From positions 1 to 55,128 of the forward strand of contig CAOKQM010000005.1 in the NCBI GenBank assembly GCA_948470875.1: DNA of 55,128 bases, in the 5' to 3' direction. The position numbers and the translations under genes are program-made. This document shows positions 10,352 to 18,911 of the stretch, in pieces; positions within the stretch are counted from its first letter, which is position 1; every line of letters begins with the position of its first letter. The stretch comes from an uncultured Clostridium sp. Lineage in GTDB: Bacteria > Bacillota > Clostridia > TANB77 > CAG-508. A model generated the notes under the pieces. It was not told where the DNA came from. It did no database searches and saw nothing but the letters and a program-made list of their open reading frames with translations.

Positions 10352-10408
10352 AACGTGAAAAATTTTATGGAATAAAATTTTTGAAAATCAGGAGGGAAGG
10401 ATTGTTTA

Positions 10409-10786
10409 ATGCTAAATAAAAAGTTTAAAGAAGTAATTAAAAATTTAGAGGAAAATTTAGAAAACAAAAAAGATTTAGACTATGCTAAGTTGCAAATTAC
10501 GGAATTAACAATGGAGTATTTAGATGAACTAGAAAAAATGGAAGCTTTGTACAAACAAAAAGTCAATTTATGTGAACAAAGATTAGATGGTTTAGAAGTC
10601 GCTATGCAAAAACTAGATAACGAAATATTTCAAGAGGAAGAAGATACCGATTTAGAGCCAATTAAATGCCCTTATTGTAACACAAACTTTTTTATTGAAT
10701 TTGATAATTCTAAAAAAGAAATCAAATGTCCAGATTGCAAAAATGCAATTGAGTTAGATTGGGGCAATTTTGAAGATGATATGTAA
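10409..10786 (+). CDS. Coiled-coil protein with a C-terminal CxxC...CxxC zinc ribbon
   Basis: 125-aa ORF. GGAGGG RBS. CPYCNTNF...CPDCKNAI. Confidence 0.6.
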   Translation: MLNKKFKEVIKNLEENLENKKDLDYAKLQITELTMEYLDELEKMEALYKQKVNLCEQRLDGLEVAMQKLDNEIFQEEEDTDLEPIKCPYCNTNFFIEFDNSKKEIKCPDCKNAIELDWGNFEDDM

Positions 10787-10793
10787 AGAAAAA

Positions 10794-10829
10794 AATCACA
10801 ATTTTCAATGCGAAATTTGTGATTTTTTT
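10794..10829 (+). terminator. Intrinsic terminator
   Basis: AATCACAA (10794-10801) pairs with TTGTGATT (10817-10824), followed by TTTTT. Confidence 0.7.
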
Positions 10830-10928
10830 GATATAGCAAAAATAATCTTTTCTACGAATTTTTAGATTTTCTGACTAAAAAAGTAAGCATAATGGACAAA
10901 AAAAGAACTAAAATGAACAGGAGGCACC

Positions 10929-11658
10929 ATGAAAGATTTGAGATTTTTAACACAAAACCTAATTGCACATAGAGGATTTTTTGACCATGAGCAAGCAATT
11001 CCGGAAAATTCTTTTTTGGCATTTATGCGCGCAATGGAATATCATTTTATCATAGAAATGGATGTCCATTTGTTAAAAGATAGCCAAATTGTTGTTTTCC
11101 ATGATGACAATTTAAAAAGAATGACAGGATTAGACAAAGAAATTAAAAATTGTACTTATGAAGAAATCCGAAAACTAAAATTATTGAGAACCAATGAAAA
11201 AATCCCATTGTTAAAAAAAGTATTAAATTTAGTAGAAGGAAAAGTTCCGCTTTTGATTGAATTGAAATATGATGTAAAAACAGGATTATTAGAAAAAGAA
11301 TTAATGCAGGTTTTAAGTCAGTATAAAGGAAAATATGCAGTACAAAGTTTTCGACCACGGGACAGTAAATTGGTTTCGAAAAAAAGCACCAGATGTTGCC
11401 AGAGGTCAACTAGCAAGTAACTTTGAAAAAGATAAAATGAATAGTGTAAAAAAATATTTTTTATCCCATATGATGTTTAATTGTTTTACAAAGCCAGATT
11501 TTATTTCCTATGATGTAAAATCCGTTGATAATATATTACAAAAAAATGCAAAAAAATACAAAATTCTAGGTTGGACCATTCGAGAAAAACAGACTTTTGA
11601 AAAATATGTAAAAATTTGTGATAATTTAATTTGCGAAAACTTCAATTTTCTTGAATGA
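10929..11658 (+). CDS. Glycerophosphodiester phosphodiesterase (GDPD) family; one polypeptide if +1 at CGG 11358
   Basis: Track ORFs 10929-11420 and 11335-11658. N-terminal part has IAHRGF...PENS...E.DVHL. The +1 continuation TVNWFRKKAPDVARGQLAS completes the TIM barrel. Confidence 0.7.
11358..11361 (+). other. In-frame CGG(G) +1 recoding site 3
   Basis: cga cca CGG gac; skipping the C gives QSFRP-G-TVNWFRKKAP, in the frame of ORF 11335. Confidence 0.75.
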
Positions 11659-11729
11659 AAAGCTTGAAAAAATAATTAATATGGTATATAGTATAAATAT
11701 TATTTTTAGAAAAAATTAGGAGGAAAAAA

Positions 11730-12332
11730 ATGATAGAAAATAGTTTAGTGCCTTATGTAATTGAACAAACAAGTAGAGGAGAAAGATCTTACGATATTTT
11801 TTCAAGATTATTAAAAGATAGAATTATATTTTTAGCAGAAGATGTCAATTCTGCATCTGCTAGCTTAGTAGTAGCGCAATTATTATTTTTGGAGTCAGAG
11901 GATCCAGATAAAGAAATTTCATTATATATCAATAGTCCAGGAGGCTCAATCACAGATGGAATGGCCATTGTAGACACGATTAATTACATCAAATGTCCAG
12001 TATCTACCATTTGTGTAGGAATGGCAGCCAGCATGGGAGCTGTACTTTTGGCATCTGGTGCAAAAGGAAAACGTTTTGCTACTCCAAATGCAGAAATATT
12101 AATCCATCAACCATTAATCGGAGGTGGCGGACTATCAGGCCAAACAACAGAAATCAAAATACACGCAGACCACATGGTTAGAACCAGAGAAAAACTAAAC
12201 AAATTATTAAGTGACAGAACCGGACAAAGCTTGGAAACCATTGAAAAAGACACAGAAAGAGACAATTACATGACAGCAGAAGAAGCACTAAAATATGGTT
12301 TAATTGACGGGATTTTAGATAAAAGAAACTAA
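11730..12332 (+). CDS. clpP: ATP-dependent Clp protease proteolytic subunit
   Basis: 200-aa ORF. Catalytic context GMAASMGA, plus HQP. AGGAGG RBS. Confidence 0.95.
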   Translation: MIENSLVPYVIEQTSRGERSYDIFSRLLKDRIIFLAEDVNSASASLVVAQLLFLESEDPDKEISLYINSPGGSITDGMAIVDTINYIKCPVSTICVGMAASMGAVLLASGAKGKRFATPNAEILIHQPLIGGGGLSGQTTEIKIHADHMVRTREKLNKLLSDRTGQSLETIEKDTERDNYMTAEEALKYGLIDGILDKRN

Positions 12333-12509
12333 GCGTGAAAAATTTTGCAAAAGCAAAATTTTACTCGCCTTGATTAATAAAACAAAAAGAAAGAATAGAT
12401 AAAAGAAACTAAGCGTGAAAAATTTTGCAAAAGCAAAATTTTACTCGCCTTGATTAATAAAACAAAAAGAAAGAATAGATAAAAGAAACTAAGCGTGAAA
12501 AATTTTGCA
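12316..12509 (+). repeat. Perfect 80-bp tandem repeat, 2.4 copies, starting inside the last 17 nt of clpP
   Basis: The unit TAGATAAAAGAAACTAAGCGTGAAAAATTTTGCAAAAGCAAAATTTTACTCGCCTTGATTAATAAAACAAAAAGAAAGAA occurs at 12316 and 12396 (identical) and partially at 12476-12509. Each unit contains the clpP stop and an AAAATTTTGC/GCAAAATTTT hairpin. Confidence 0.9.
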
Positions 12510-12659
12510 GGTTTTAATTAGAAAACAAAAACAAAAGCACTTTTGCTTTTACAATAAATTCTACCAAGTCAAAGAACAATTCAAATCATTGATTTTGGAG
12601 ATAAACAGCTTGTAAAACAAGTTATTTGAATGTATACTATTAAAGAAAGGATTGAAAAA

Positions 12660-13955
12660 ATGGCAAAAACACAGGATAGAAATGTGAAATGCTCTTTTTG
12701 TGGAAAACCACAAGAAGTGGTGAAAAAAATAATAGCAGGACCAGGAGTTTTTATTTGTGATGAATGTGTTGGATTATGTCAAGATATCATAGAAGAAGAG
12801 GTTTTTGATGAAGATGATATCATTGAACAAATTGAAATGCCAACACCAGCTGAAATCAAAAAAGTGTTAGATGAATATGTCATTGGGCAAGAAGAAGCCA
12901 AAAGAACCTTATCAGTAGCCGTTTACAACCATTATAAAAGAATTAACAATTTAGATTTTATGGATGATGTAGAAGTACAAAAAAGTAATATTTTACTTCT
13001 TGGACCAACTGGTTGTGGAAAAACATTGCTTGCCCAAACATTGGCCAAGATTTTGAATGTACCATTTGCAATCGCAGATGCGACAACACTTACAGAAGCT
13101 GGATATGTGGGAGAAGATGTTGAAAATATTTTATTGAAATTATTACAAGCAGCCAATTTTGACACAGAAAAAGCACAAAAAGGAATTATTTATATTGATG
13201 AAATTGACAAAATCACAAGAAAATCAGAAAATCCATCTATTACAAGAGATGTAAGCGGAGAAGGTGTACAACAAGCACTTTTAAAAATCATTGAAGGAAC
13301 CGTGGCTTCTGTCCCACCACAAGGTGGAAGAAAACATCCACATCAAGAATTTTTGCAAATTGATACAGCCAATATTTTATTTATTTGTGGTGGCGCATTT
13401 GAAGGACTAGAAAATATTATCAAAGATAGAATTGGTAAAAAATCAATGGGATTTGGTGCTAAAATTGAAAGCAAAAAAGATATCAATAAAACAGAAATTT
13501 TCAAAAATTTATTACCACAAGATTTATTGAAATTTGGATTAATTCCCGAATTCGTAGGAAGACTACCAATTACAGCAACATTAGACGGTTTAACAAGAGA
13601 AGCTCTAATTGATATTGTGACAAAACCAAAAAATGCATTAGTAAAACAATATAAAAAATTAATGGAACTAGACGGTGTAGAACTAGAATTTGAGGCAGAT
13701 GCCTTAGAAATGATTGTAGATAAGGCAATCGAAAGACAAACAGGTGCAAGAGGGTTGCGTTCAATTATAGAAGAAATTATGCGAGATATTATGTATGATA
13801 TTCCGTCCAATCCCCAAATTGCAAAATGCGTGATAACCAAGCAAACAGTAGAAACCAAAGCAGAGCCAAAGCTTGTAATAGATGAAAATAAAAAGCGAGA
13901 ACCAATGAAAACCAAGAAAAAAATAAAAAAGGCCAAAACAGAAGAAACAGCTTAA
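12660..13955 (+). CDS. clpX: ATP-dependent Clp protease ATP-binding subunit ClpX
   Basis: N-terminal zinc finger CSFCGK...CDEC, Walker [17 protein letters not shown]. Start moved to ATG 12660 ([15 protein letters not shown]) from the track's 12630. Confidence 0.95.
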   Translation: MAKTQDRNVKCSFCGKPQEVVKKIIAGPGVFICDECVGLCQDIIEEEVFDEDDIIEQIEMPTPAEIKKVLDEYVIGQEEAKRTLSVAVYNHYKRINNLDFMDDVEVQKSNILLLGPTGCGKTLLAQTLAKILNVPFAIADATTLTEAGYVGEDVENILLKLLQAANFDTEKAQKGIIYIDEIDKITRKSENPSITRDVSGEGVQQALLKIIEGTVASVPPQGGRKHPHQEFLQIDTANILFICGGAFEGLENIIKDRIGKKSMGFGAKIESKKDINKTEIFKNLLPQDLLKFGLIPEFVGRLPITATLDGLTREALIDIVTKPKNALVKQYKKLMELDGVELEFEADALEMIVDKAIERQTGARGLRSIIEEIMRDIMYDIPSNPQIAKCVITKQTVETKAEPKLVIDENKKREPMKTKKKIKKAKTEETA

Positions 13956-13967
13956 AAGGAGAAAAGA

Positions 13968-14510
13968 ATGGAGTTTTTAGAATTAGCTCAAAAAAGATAT
14001 TCGTGTAGAAAATTTTTAGATAAAGAAGTCGAAAAAGAAAAAATTTACAAAATCTTAGAAGCAGGACGATTAGCGCCAACTGCTTGCAATTTTCAGCCAC
14101 AGAGAATCTTAGTTGTAACAGATCGAGAAAAACAAAAAGCATTAAAAGAATGTACCAAATTTACTTTTGATGCTCCAGTTATTTTGGGAGTATGTTATGA
14201 CAAGGAAGAATCTTGGAAAAGAAAATACGATGGGCAAGATGGAGGAATAGTAGATGCAAGCATTGTCACGACACATATGATGTTAGAAATAGCACAATTA
14301 GAATTAGGTTCAACATGGGTTGGTTCATTTGACCCAAATAAAGCAAGAAACATATTAAACATTCCAGATAATTTAGAAATTGTAAATTTATTGCCATTTG
14401 GTTATCCAGCAGAAGATGGGGCAGAAAGTGCAATGCACAATCAAAGAAAAACAATAGAGCAAATCGTTAGTTGGAATAATTTTACATGCCATATTGACAA
14501 AAAGTGCTAA
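13968..14510 (+). CDS. Nitroreductase-family protein
   Basis: 180-aa ORF. RYSCRKF...APTACNFQP motif. GGAG RBS. Confidence 0.85.
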   Translation: MEFLELAQKRYSCRKFLDKEVEKEKIYKILEAGRLAPTACNFQPQRILVVTDREKQKALKECTKFTFDAPVILGVCYDKEESWKRKYDGQDGGIVDASIVTTHMMLEIAQLELGSTWVGSFDPNKARNILNIPDNLEIVNLLPFGYPAEDGAESAMHNQRKTIEQIVSWNNFTCHIDKKC

Positions 14511-14522
14511 AAGTAGTATAAT
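14494..14522 (+). promoter_or_regulatory. Consensus sigma-A promoter inside the 3' end of the nitroreductase gene
   Basis: TTGACA (14494-14499), exactly 17 nt, TATAAT (14517-14522). Confidence 0.6.
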
Positions 14523-14528
14523 AAAAAT

Positions 14529-14665
14529 GAGCCATGGAATGTTCATTCCAGATTCGGAAAGGAGGGCTATTGTTTGAGCAGAATGACGCGGGCACCGCCC
14601 ACTAAGAATTCTTAGTTGAAGTTGAAAAAGAGAATTATAAATTATAATTCTCTTTTTCATTTTTT
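14529..14665 (+). ncRNA. Candidate small RNA of about 135 nt, unknown family
   Basis: Bounded by the consensus promoter and a long AT-rich hairpin plus T-run (14626-14665). Internal hairpins: GGAAT-GTTC-ATTCC (14536-14549), GGGC-ACC-GCCC (14590-14600), palindrome CTAAGAATTCTTAG (14602-14615). No downstream + strand gene; overlaps the 3' end of the convergent pseudouridine synthase gene. Confidence 0.4.
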
Positions 14666-15544
14666 AAGATTTTTTTCATATCTTCTGGAAGAGGTAGATA
14701 AAAATTCATTTTTGTATGTGTGGTTGGATGAAAAAATGAAATTTTATAAGCATGTAATGCTTGATGGTCAATAAGTTCAGAGGGAATTCCATATAAAGAA
14801 TCGCCCCAAATAGGATGTCCAATGGATTTGCTGTGGACTCGAATTTGGTGGGTTCGACCTGTTTCTAATTGAAATTCTACAAGGCAAAAATCAGCATAAT
14901 TTTGGATTAGTTTGTAATGCGTTATGGCTGTTTGGCCAGCTGGATTTATTTCACGTTCAATGAGGCTGCCAGCCTTGCGCGCGATGCGCGCGTCAAGAGT
15001 GCCCGATTCGCCTTTTCCAGTATTAAGATTACCATGCAAAATAGCTAAGTAGTATTTTTCAAAAGAGTGGTTTGCCATTTGGCGAATCAGGCACTCTTGT
15101 ACATATTCGCTTTTAGCGAATATGACAAGGCCGGCTTGTGCCTTTATCCAAACGATTAACAGGGCGAATTTTTGTATCAATATGATTTTGTTGAAAATAA
15201 TATTGAACCCCATTTGAAAGACTATCCGAAAAATGGGACATAGAAGGATGAACAGGAATGTTGGCAGGTTTATTTAAAATAAGCATTGCCTCATCTTCAA
15301 AAACAATTGAAAGTGGCATTTGTTTTGCCAAAATATTTTCACTTTTTTCCTTGAAACCAAGCTCCACACACACAATATCTTTTTCCGTTATAGAAGAAGT
15401 TACTGTTGCTGGTTGTCCATTTAAATAAATTTGCTGATGACGTTTTAGTTTTAAAATCAAGCGCTCAGAAAGATGAAAATGCGATTTTAGTACTTCTTTT
15501 ACAGTTTTGTAAAACATAGATTTATTCGTATATTCTAATTTCAT
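14635..15544 (-). CDS. RluA/RluD-family pseudouridine synthase with an N-terminal S4-like domain; one polypeptide if +1 at CGG (minus-strand C at 15133)
   Basis: Track ORFs 15113-15544(-) and 14635-15213(-). The junction restores the universal catalytic motif RLDKGTSGLVIFAKS. HQIRVH lies downstream. Confidence 0.8.
15130..15133 (-). other. In-frame CGG(C) +1 recoding site 4 (minus-strand gene)
   Basis: Coding strand reads aca agc CGG cct tgt ... taa. Skipping the C gives GTS-G-LVIFAKSEY, in the frame of ORF 14635-15213(-). On the + strand this reads GCCG. Confidence 0.85.
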
Positions 15545-15617
15545 AATATACTAATGTTATCACAAAAATAGAAAAAAATCAATCTTATAAAAAAATCAAG
15601 AAATTTTTATAAAATAC

Positions 15618-15646
15618 TTGCATTTTTTAGAAAAGTCTGGTATAAT
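15618..15646 (+). promoter_or_regulatory. Sigma-A-type promoter of the rpsB-tsf unit
   Basis: TTGCAT (15618-15623), 17 nt, TATAAT (15641-15646). A leader of about 180 nt with a CACAC...GTGTG hairpin follows. Confidence 0.6.
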
Positions 15647-15830
15647 AACAAAGTTAAAAACACACATAGTATGAGCTTATCAAACGTGTGCTAAAAAATG
15701 CGTCAAATTCTTTTTTGAAGGAAAATTGCTCGCTATCTTAAAAAATAACAATTTTAAAATATTAAGATTAGTGTTTGAAAGTGCTAAAATACTATGGAGG
15801 AAAGAAAACAAAAAAGGGAGGAATTTAAAA

Positions 15831-16595
15831 ATGGCAGTTGTTGCAATGAAACAATTATTAGAGGCAGGTGTTCATTTCGGACATCAAACAAGAAGATGGA
15901 ATCCTAAAATGGCAGAATATATTTTCCAAGCGAGAAATGGAATCCATATTATTGATTTACAAAAAACATCAAAAAAATTAGATGAGGCATATGCTTTTGT
16001 AAAAGAGCAAGCTGAAGAAGGGAAAACAGTTCTTTTTGTAGGAACGAAAAAACAAGCACAAGAATGTGTAAAAGAGGCTGCTATCAGATGCAATATGTAT
16101 TATGTTGATCAAAGATGGTTAGGTGGAATGCTTACTAATTTCAAAACGATTCAAGGAAGAATTAATCGTTTAAAACAATTAGAAGAAATGAGTGAAGATG
16201 GTACATTTGATGTATTACCTAAAAAAGAAGTAATTGGTTTAAAAAATGAAATGGAAAAACTAGAAAAAAATCTTGGTGGAATCAAAGATATGACTGAAAT
16301 GCCAGGTGTTATGTTTGTGGTAGATCCTAAAAAAGAATATAATGCAATTAAAGAAGCAAGAAAATTAGGCATCAAAGTAGTTGGATTGGTTGATACAAAT
16401 TGTAGTCCAGAAGATGTTGATTATCCAATTCCAGGAAATGATGACGCAATAAGAGCAGTTAAATTAATTGCAGATGTTATGGCAAATGCTGTTATTGAAG
16501 GAAGACAAGGAGAAGATGCTATTCTTCCATTAAATGAACAAGAATCAGAAGAAGCAACTGATATTGAAGAAGTTGTAGAAAATGTAGAAGAGTAA
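15831..16595 (+). CDS. rpsB: 30S ribosomal protein S2
   Basis: [27 protein letters not shown] after a GGGAGG RBS. Start moved from the track's 15726. Confidence 0.95.
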   Translation: MAVVAMKQLLEAGVHFGHQTRRWNPKMAEYIFQARNGIHIIDLQKTSKKLDEAYAFVKEQAEEGKTVLFVGTKKQAQECVKEAAIRCNMYYVDQRWLGGMLTNFKTIQGRINRLKQLEEMSEDGTFDVLPKKEVIGLKNEMEKLEKNLGGIKDMTEMPGVMFVVDPKKEYNAIKEARKLGIKVVGLVDTNCSPEDVDYPIPGNDDAIRAVKLIADVMANAVIEGRQGEDAILPLNEQESEEATDIEEVVENVEE

Positions 16596-16599
16596 TGTA

Positions 16600-16710
16600 G
16601 GATGGGAAATGCCAAATCGTCCCAATCCCCAAACAATTTCAAATACAACATAAGGACACGGGGCACCGTGTCCATTCAAGATATAAAATATGGGCACGGT
16701 GCCCTGTGCC
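16600..16710 (+). promoter_or_regulatory. GC-rich structured rpsB-tsf spacer with mutually exclusive hairpins
   Basis: Hairpin GGATGGGA/TCCCAATCC (16600-16628). Perfect 8-bp hairpin GGACACGG-GGCA-CCGTGTCC (16654-16673). GGGCA-CGG-TGCCC (16692-16704). CCGTGTCC can alternatively pair with GGGCACGG (16692-16699). Confidence 0.4.
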
Positions 16711-16730
16711 ACAACAAGGGAGGAATTAAA

Positions 16731-17606
16731 ATGATAAGTGCAAGCTTAGTAAAAGAATTGAGAGAAAAAACAGGTGCTGGTATGATGGACTGTAAAAAAG
16801 TTCTAACAGAAACAGATGGAGATATGGAAAAAGCGGCTGAATTGCTACGTGAAAGAGGAATTGCCAAAGCTGCTAAAAAATCAGGAAGAGTTGCTGCTGA
16901 AGGATTGGTTACTGTTTATATTTCAGATGACAAAAAAGTAGGAAGTATTTTAGAAGTAAATAGTGAAACAGATTTTGTTTCTAAAAATGAAGAATTCAAA
17001 GAATTTGTAAACACAACTGCAAAAGTAGTAGCAGAAAGTAATCCAGCAGATGTAGACGCTTTATTAAATACCAAATACATTGGCTTAGACAAAACAGTTG
17101 GTGAAGTTTTAACAGATAAAATTGCGACAATTGGTGAACATATGTCAATTAGAAGATTTGAAAGATTTGAATCAGCAGGTTTAGTGGAAGGTTATGTGCA
17201 TGGAGATGGAAGGATTGCTGTTTTGGTTGATTTTGAAGGTGGAGATAGTGAATTAGCTAAAGATGTTTGTATGCAAATTACAGCTGCAAATCCAGAATAT
17301 TTAGCTAGAGAAGATGTGCCTGAAGAAAGAACCAAAAAAGAAATGGAAATTTTAAAAGCACAAGCTATGAATGAAGGAAAACCAGCTGAAATTGCTGAAA
17401 AAATGGTACAAGGAAGAATTGGAAAATTCTATTCAGAAATTTGTTTGGTTGACCAAGTTTTTGTCAAAGATTCTAATGTAAAAGTAGGAGACTTGATTAA
17501 GAGCAAAGGTGCTAAATTAAACCGATTTGTTCGTTTTGAAAAAGGCGAAGGCATTGAAAAAGCTGAAGAAAACTTTGCAGAAGAAGTTATGAAACAATTG
17601 CAATAA
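16731..17606 (+). CDS. tsf: Elongation factor Ts
   Basis: MISASLVKELREKTGAGMMDCKK after a GGGAGG RBS. Start moved from the track's 16602. Confidence 0.95.
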   Translation: MISASLVKELREKTGAGMMDCKKVLTETDGDMEKAAELLRERGIAKAAKKSGRVAAEGLVTVYISDDKKVGSILEVNSETDFVSKNEEFKEFVNTTAKVVAESNPADVDALLNTKYIGLDKTVGEVLTDKIATIGEHMSIRRFERFESAGLVEGYVHGDGRIAVLVDFEGGDSELAKDVCMQITAANPEYLAREDVPEERTKKEMEILKAQAMNEGKPAEIAEKMVQGRIGKFYSEICLVDQVFVKDSNVKVGDLIKSKGAKLNRFVRFEKGEGIEKAEENFAEEVMKQLQ

Positions 17607-17631
17607 AATGCTATAAAAAGTAAAAAAATGG

Positions 17632-17660
17632 TTGCAAGATATAAAAGCTTATGTTAAAAT
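17632..17660 (+). promoter_or_regulatory. Sigma-A-type promoter upstream of the carA leader
   Basis: TTGCAA (17632-17637), 17 nt, TAAAAT (17655-17660). Confidence 0.5.
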
Positions 17661-17787
17661 ATAAAGTAAGAGGTTAATAAAAATGAGAAAAAGAAAATGC
17701 ATGAACCAAATACAAAATTTAGGTAATAGAAAAAAAGCTATTATCAATCATGCATTTTCATTTTTATTCTATAGTAATTTTATTAGT

Positions 17788-17818
17788 AAACACTAGATTT
17801 ATTTAGTGTTTATTTTTT
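17788..17818 (+). terminator. Intrinsic terminator inside the carA leader (candidate attenuator)
   Basis: AAACACTA (17788-17795) pairs with TAGTGTTT (17804-17811), then ATTTTTT. Ends 28 nt before the carA start codon. Confidence 0.6.
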
Positions 17819-17846
17819 GAGGCTAAAAAAGAAAGGATGATAATTT

Positions 17847-18911
17847 ATGGTAGGATATTTAGTGCTAGAAAATGGAGAAATATTTGAAGGCGAGAGAATT
17901 GGAGCAACAATGATTGACACAGCATGTGAAGTTGTGTTTAATACAGGAATGGCAGGATATTTAGAAACCTTTACTGACCCATCTTATGCTGGACAAGGTA
18001 TTGTAATGACTTATCCGTTAATTGGAAATTATGGTGTTATTCCAGATGATTTCGAATCTGAGCGAATTTGGGCAAAGGCAGTTTTTATTCATGAACTTGC
18101 TGAATTTGAAAGCAATTTTCGAAAAAAAGATAATTTGAACAAATTTTTAAGAGACTACAAAATTCCAGGGCTTACCAATATTAACACAAGAAAACTTACC
18201 AAGATTTTAAGAGAAGCAGGAACCATGAAAGGTTACGTAACTTCTTCGCTTGACAATATGGACGAAATTATGAGAAAAATCAAAGAATACGAAATTGGGA
18301 ATGTTGTCAAACAAGTCACAACTCAAAACATAATGTCATATGGAAAAGCAAATGAAAAACAGATTGTTTTGCTGGATTATGGTTTTAAGCATAATATTGT
18401 AAACTCTTTTTTAAAGAGAAATGTTGGTGTCACAGTTTGTCCATCCAATACACCAGTCAATAAAATATTGGCCATGAATCCAGATGGAATTTTGCTTTCT
18501 AATGGACCAGGAGATCCAGAAAATGCACAAGAAGAAATTAACATTGTTAAAGAATTATGCAAAACCAATATTCCGATTTTGGGAATTTGTTTGGGTCATC
18601 AACTAATGGCACTGGCGCATGGTTTTCAAACAGCTAAATTAAAATATGGACATAGAGGACCAAATCACCCAGTGAAAGATTTGCAAAATGGAAAAGTGTA
18701 TATCACTTCACAAAATCATGGGTATTATGTATTGGATGATAGCATAAAATCAGAAATTGCAGAGGTTTCACACATTAATTTGAATGATAATACAGTTGAA
18801 GGAATTCGTTATAAAAACAAAAACATATTTACTGTACAATTCCATCCAGAAGCGTGTCCAGGACCAGAAGATACGAATTATATATTTGATAGCTTTGTTA
18901 AGGAGCTTTAA
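17847..18911 (+). CDS. carA: Carbamoyl-phosphate synthase small (glutaminase) subunit
   Basis: 354-aa ORF. GICLGHQ catalytic Cys motif; HPE triad. Confidence 0.95.
   Translation: MVGYLVLENGEIFEGERIGATMIDTACEVVFNTGMAGYLETFTDPSYAGQGIVMTYPLIGNYGVIPDDFESERIWAKAVFIHELAEFESNFRKKDNLNKFLRDYKIPGLTNINTRKLTKILREAGTMKGYVTSSLDNMDEIMRKIKEYEIGNVVKQVTTQNIMSYGKANEKQIVLLDYGFKHNIVNSFLKRNVGVTVCPSNTPVNKILAMNPDGILLSNGPGDPENAQEEINIVKELCKTNIPILGICLGHQLMALAHGFQTAKLKYGHRGPNHPVKDLQNGKVYITSQNHGYYVLDDSIKSEIAEVSHINLNDNTVEGIRYKNKNIFTVQFHPEACPGPEDTNYIFDSFVKEL

Noticed and set aside
11659-11729. CtsR operator (GGTCAAA direct repeat) upstream of clpP
   Set aside because: No GGTCAAA-type heptad repeat is present. Only a sigma-A-like promoter (TTGAAA-17 nt-TATAGT) is seen.
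12316-12509. CRISPR array
   Set aside because: The units are contiguous 80-bp copies with no spacers, there are only 2.4 copies, and no cas genes are present in the window.
13343-13936. Long antisense ORFs in the track (e.g. 13343-13936 -, 20794-21138 -, 8066-8410 -, 29748-30092 -, 54216-54563 -)
   Set aside because: They lie opposite strongly supported genes, have low-complexity Ser/Phe/Ile-rich products typical of AT-rich antisense frames, and have no RBS.
14570-14605. 11-codon TTG micro-ORF (MFEQNDAGTAH) behind the strong SD inside the candidate sRNA
   Set aside because: Too short to evaluate, and the SD-to-start spacing is tight (4 nt after GGAGG). Kept only as a note in the sRNA finding.
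14529-14620. Small (4.5S-type) SRP RNA
   Set aside because: CAGAAUGACGCG faintly resembles the 3' side of E. coli 4.5S RNA as I recall it. However, the region UUCGGAAAGGAGGG does not form the conserved helix 8 with a closed GGAA tetraloop and symmetric/asymmetric loops. Needs an Infernal scan to be sure.
14845-14862. tRNA T-arm-like GGTTCGACC, as a possible decoder gene for CGG
   Set aside because: It lies inside the pseudouridine synthase CDS (encoding ETGRTHQIR on the minus strand), and no acceptor or anticodon arms can be drawn around it. No tRNA gene was found anywhere in the window.
15726-15830. N-terminal extensions given by the ORF track (rpsB 15726, tsf 16602, clpX 12630, lepA 25145, 22840, 36167, 43738, 48359, 53036, 34529)
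   Set aside because: In each case a downstream start codon has a proper SD at 5-10 nt and matches the conserved protein N-terminus. Several extensions would include promoter boxes or structured spacer RNA.
17683-17796. 37-codon ORF upstream of carA as a bona fide protein gene
   Set aside because: No recognisable domain or hydrophobic segment. Its stop is embedded in the terminator stem, so it is more plausibly a leader ORF or non-coding. Not called as a CDS.
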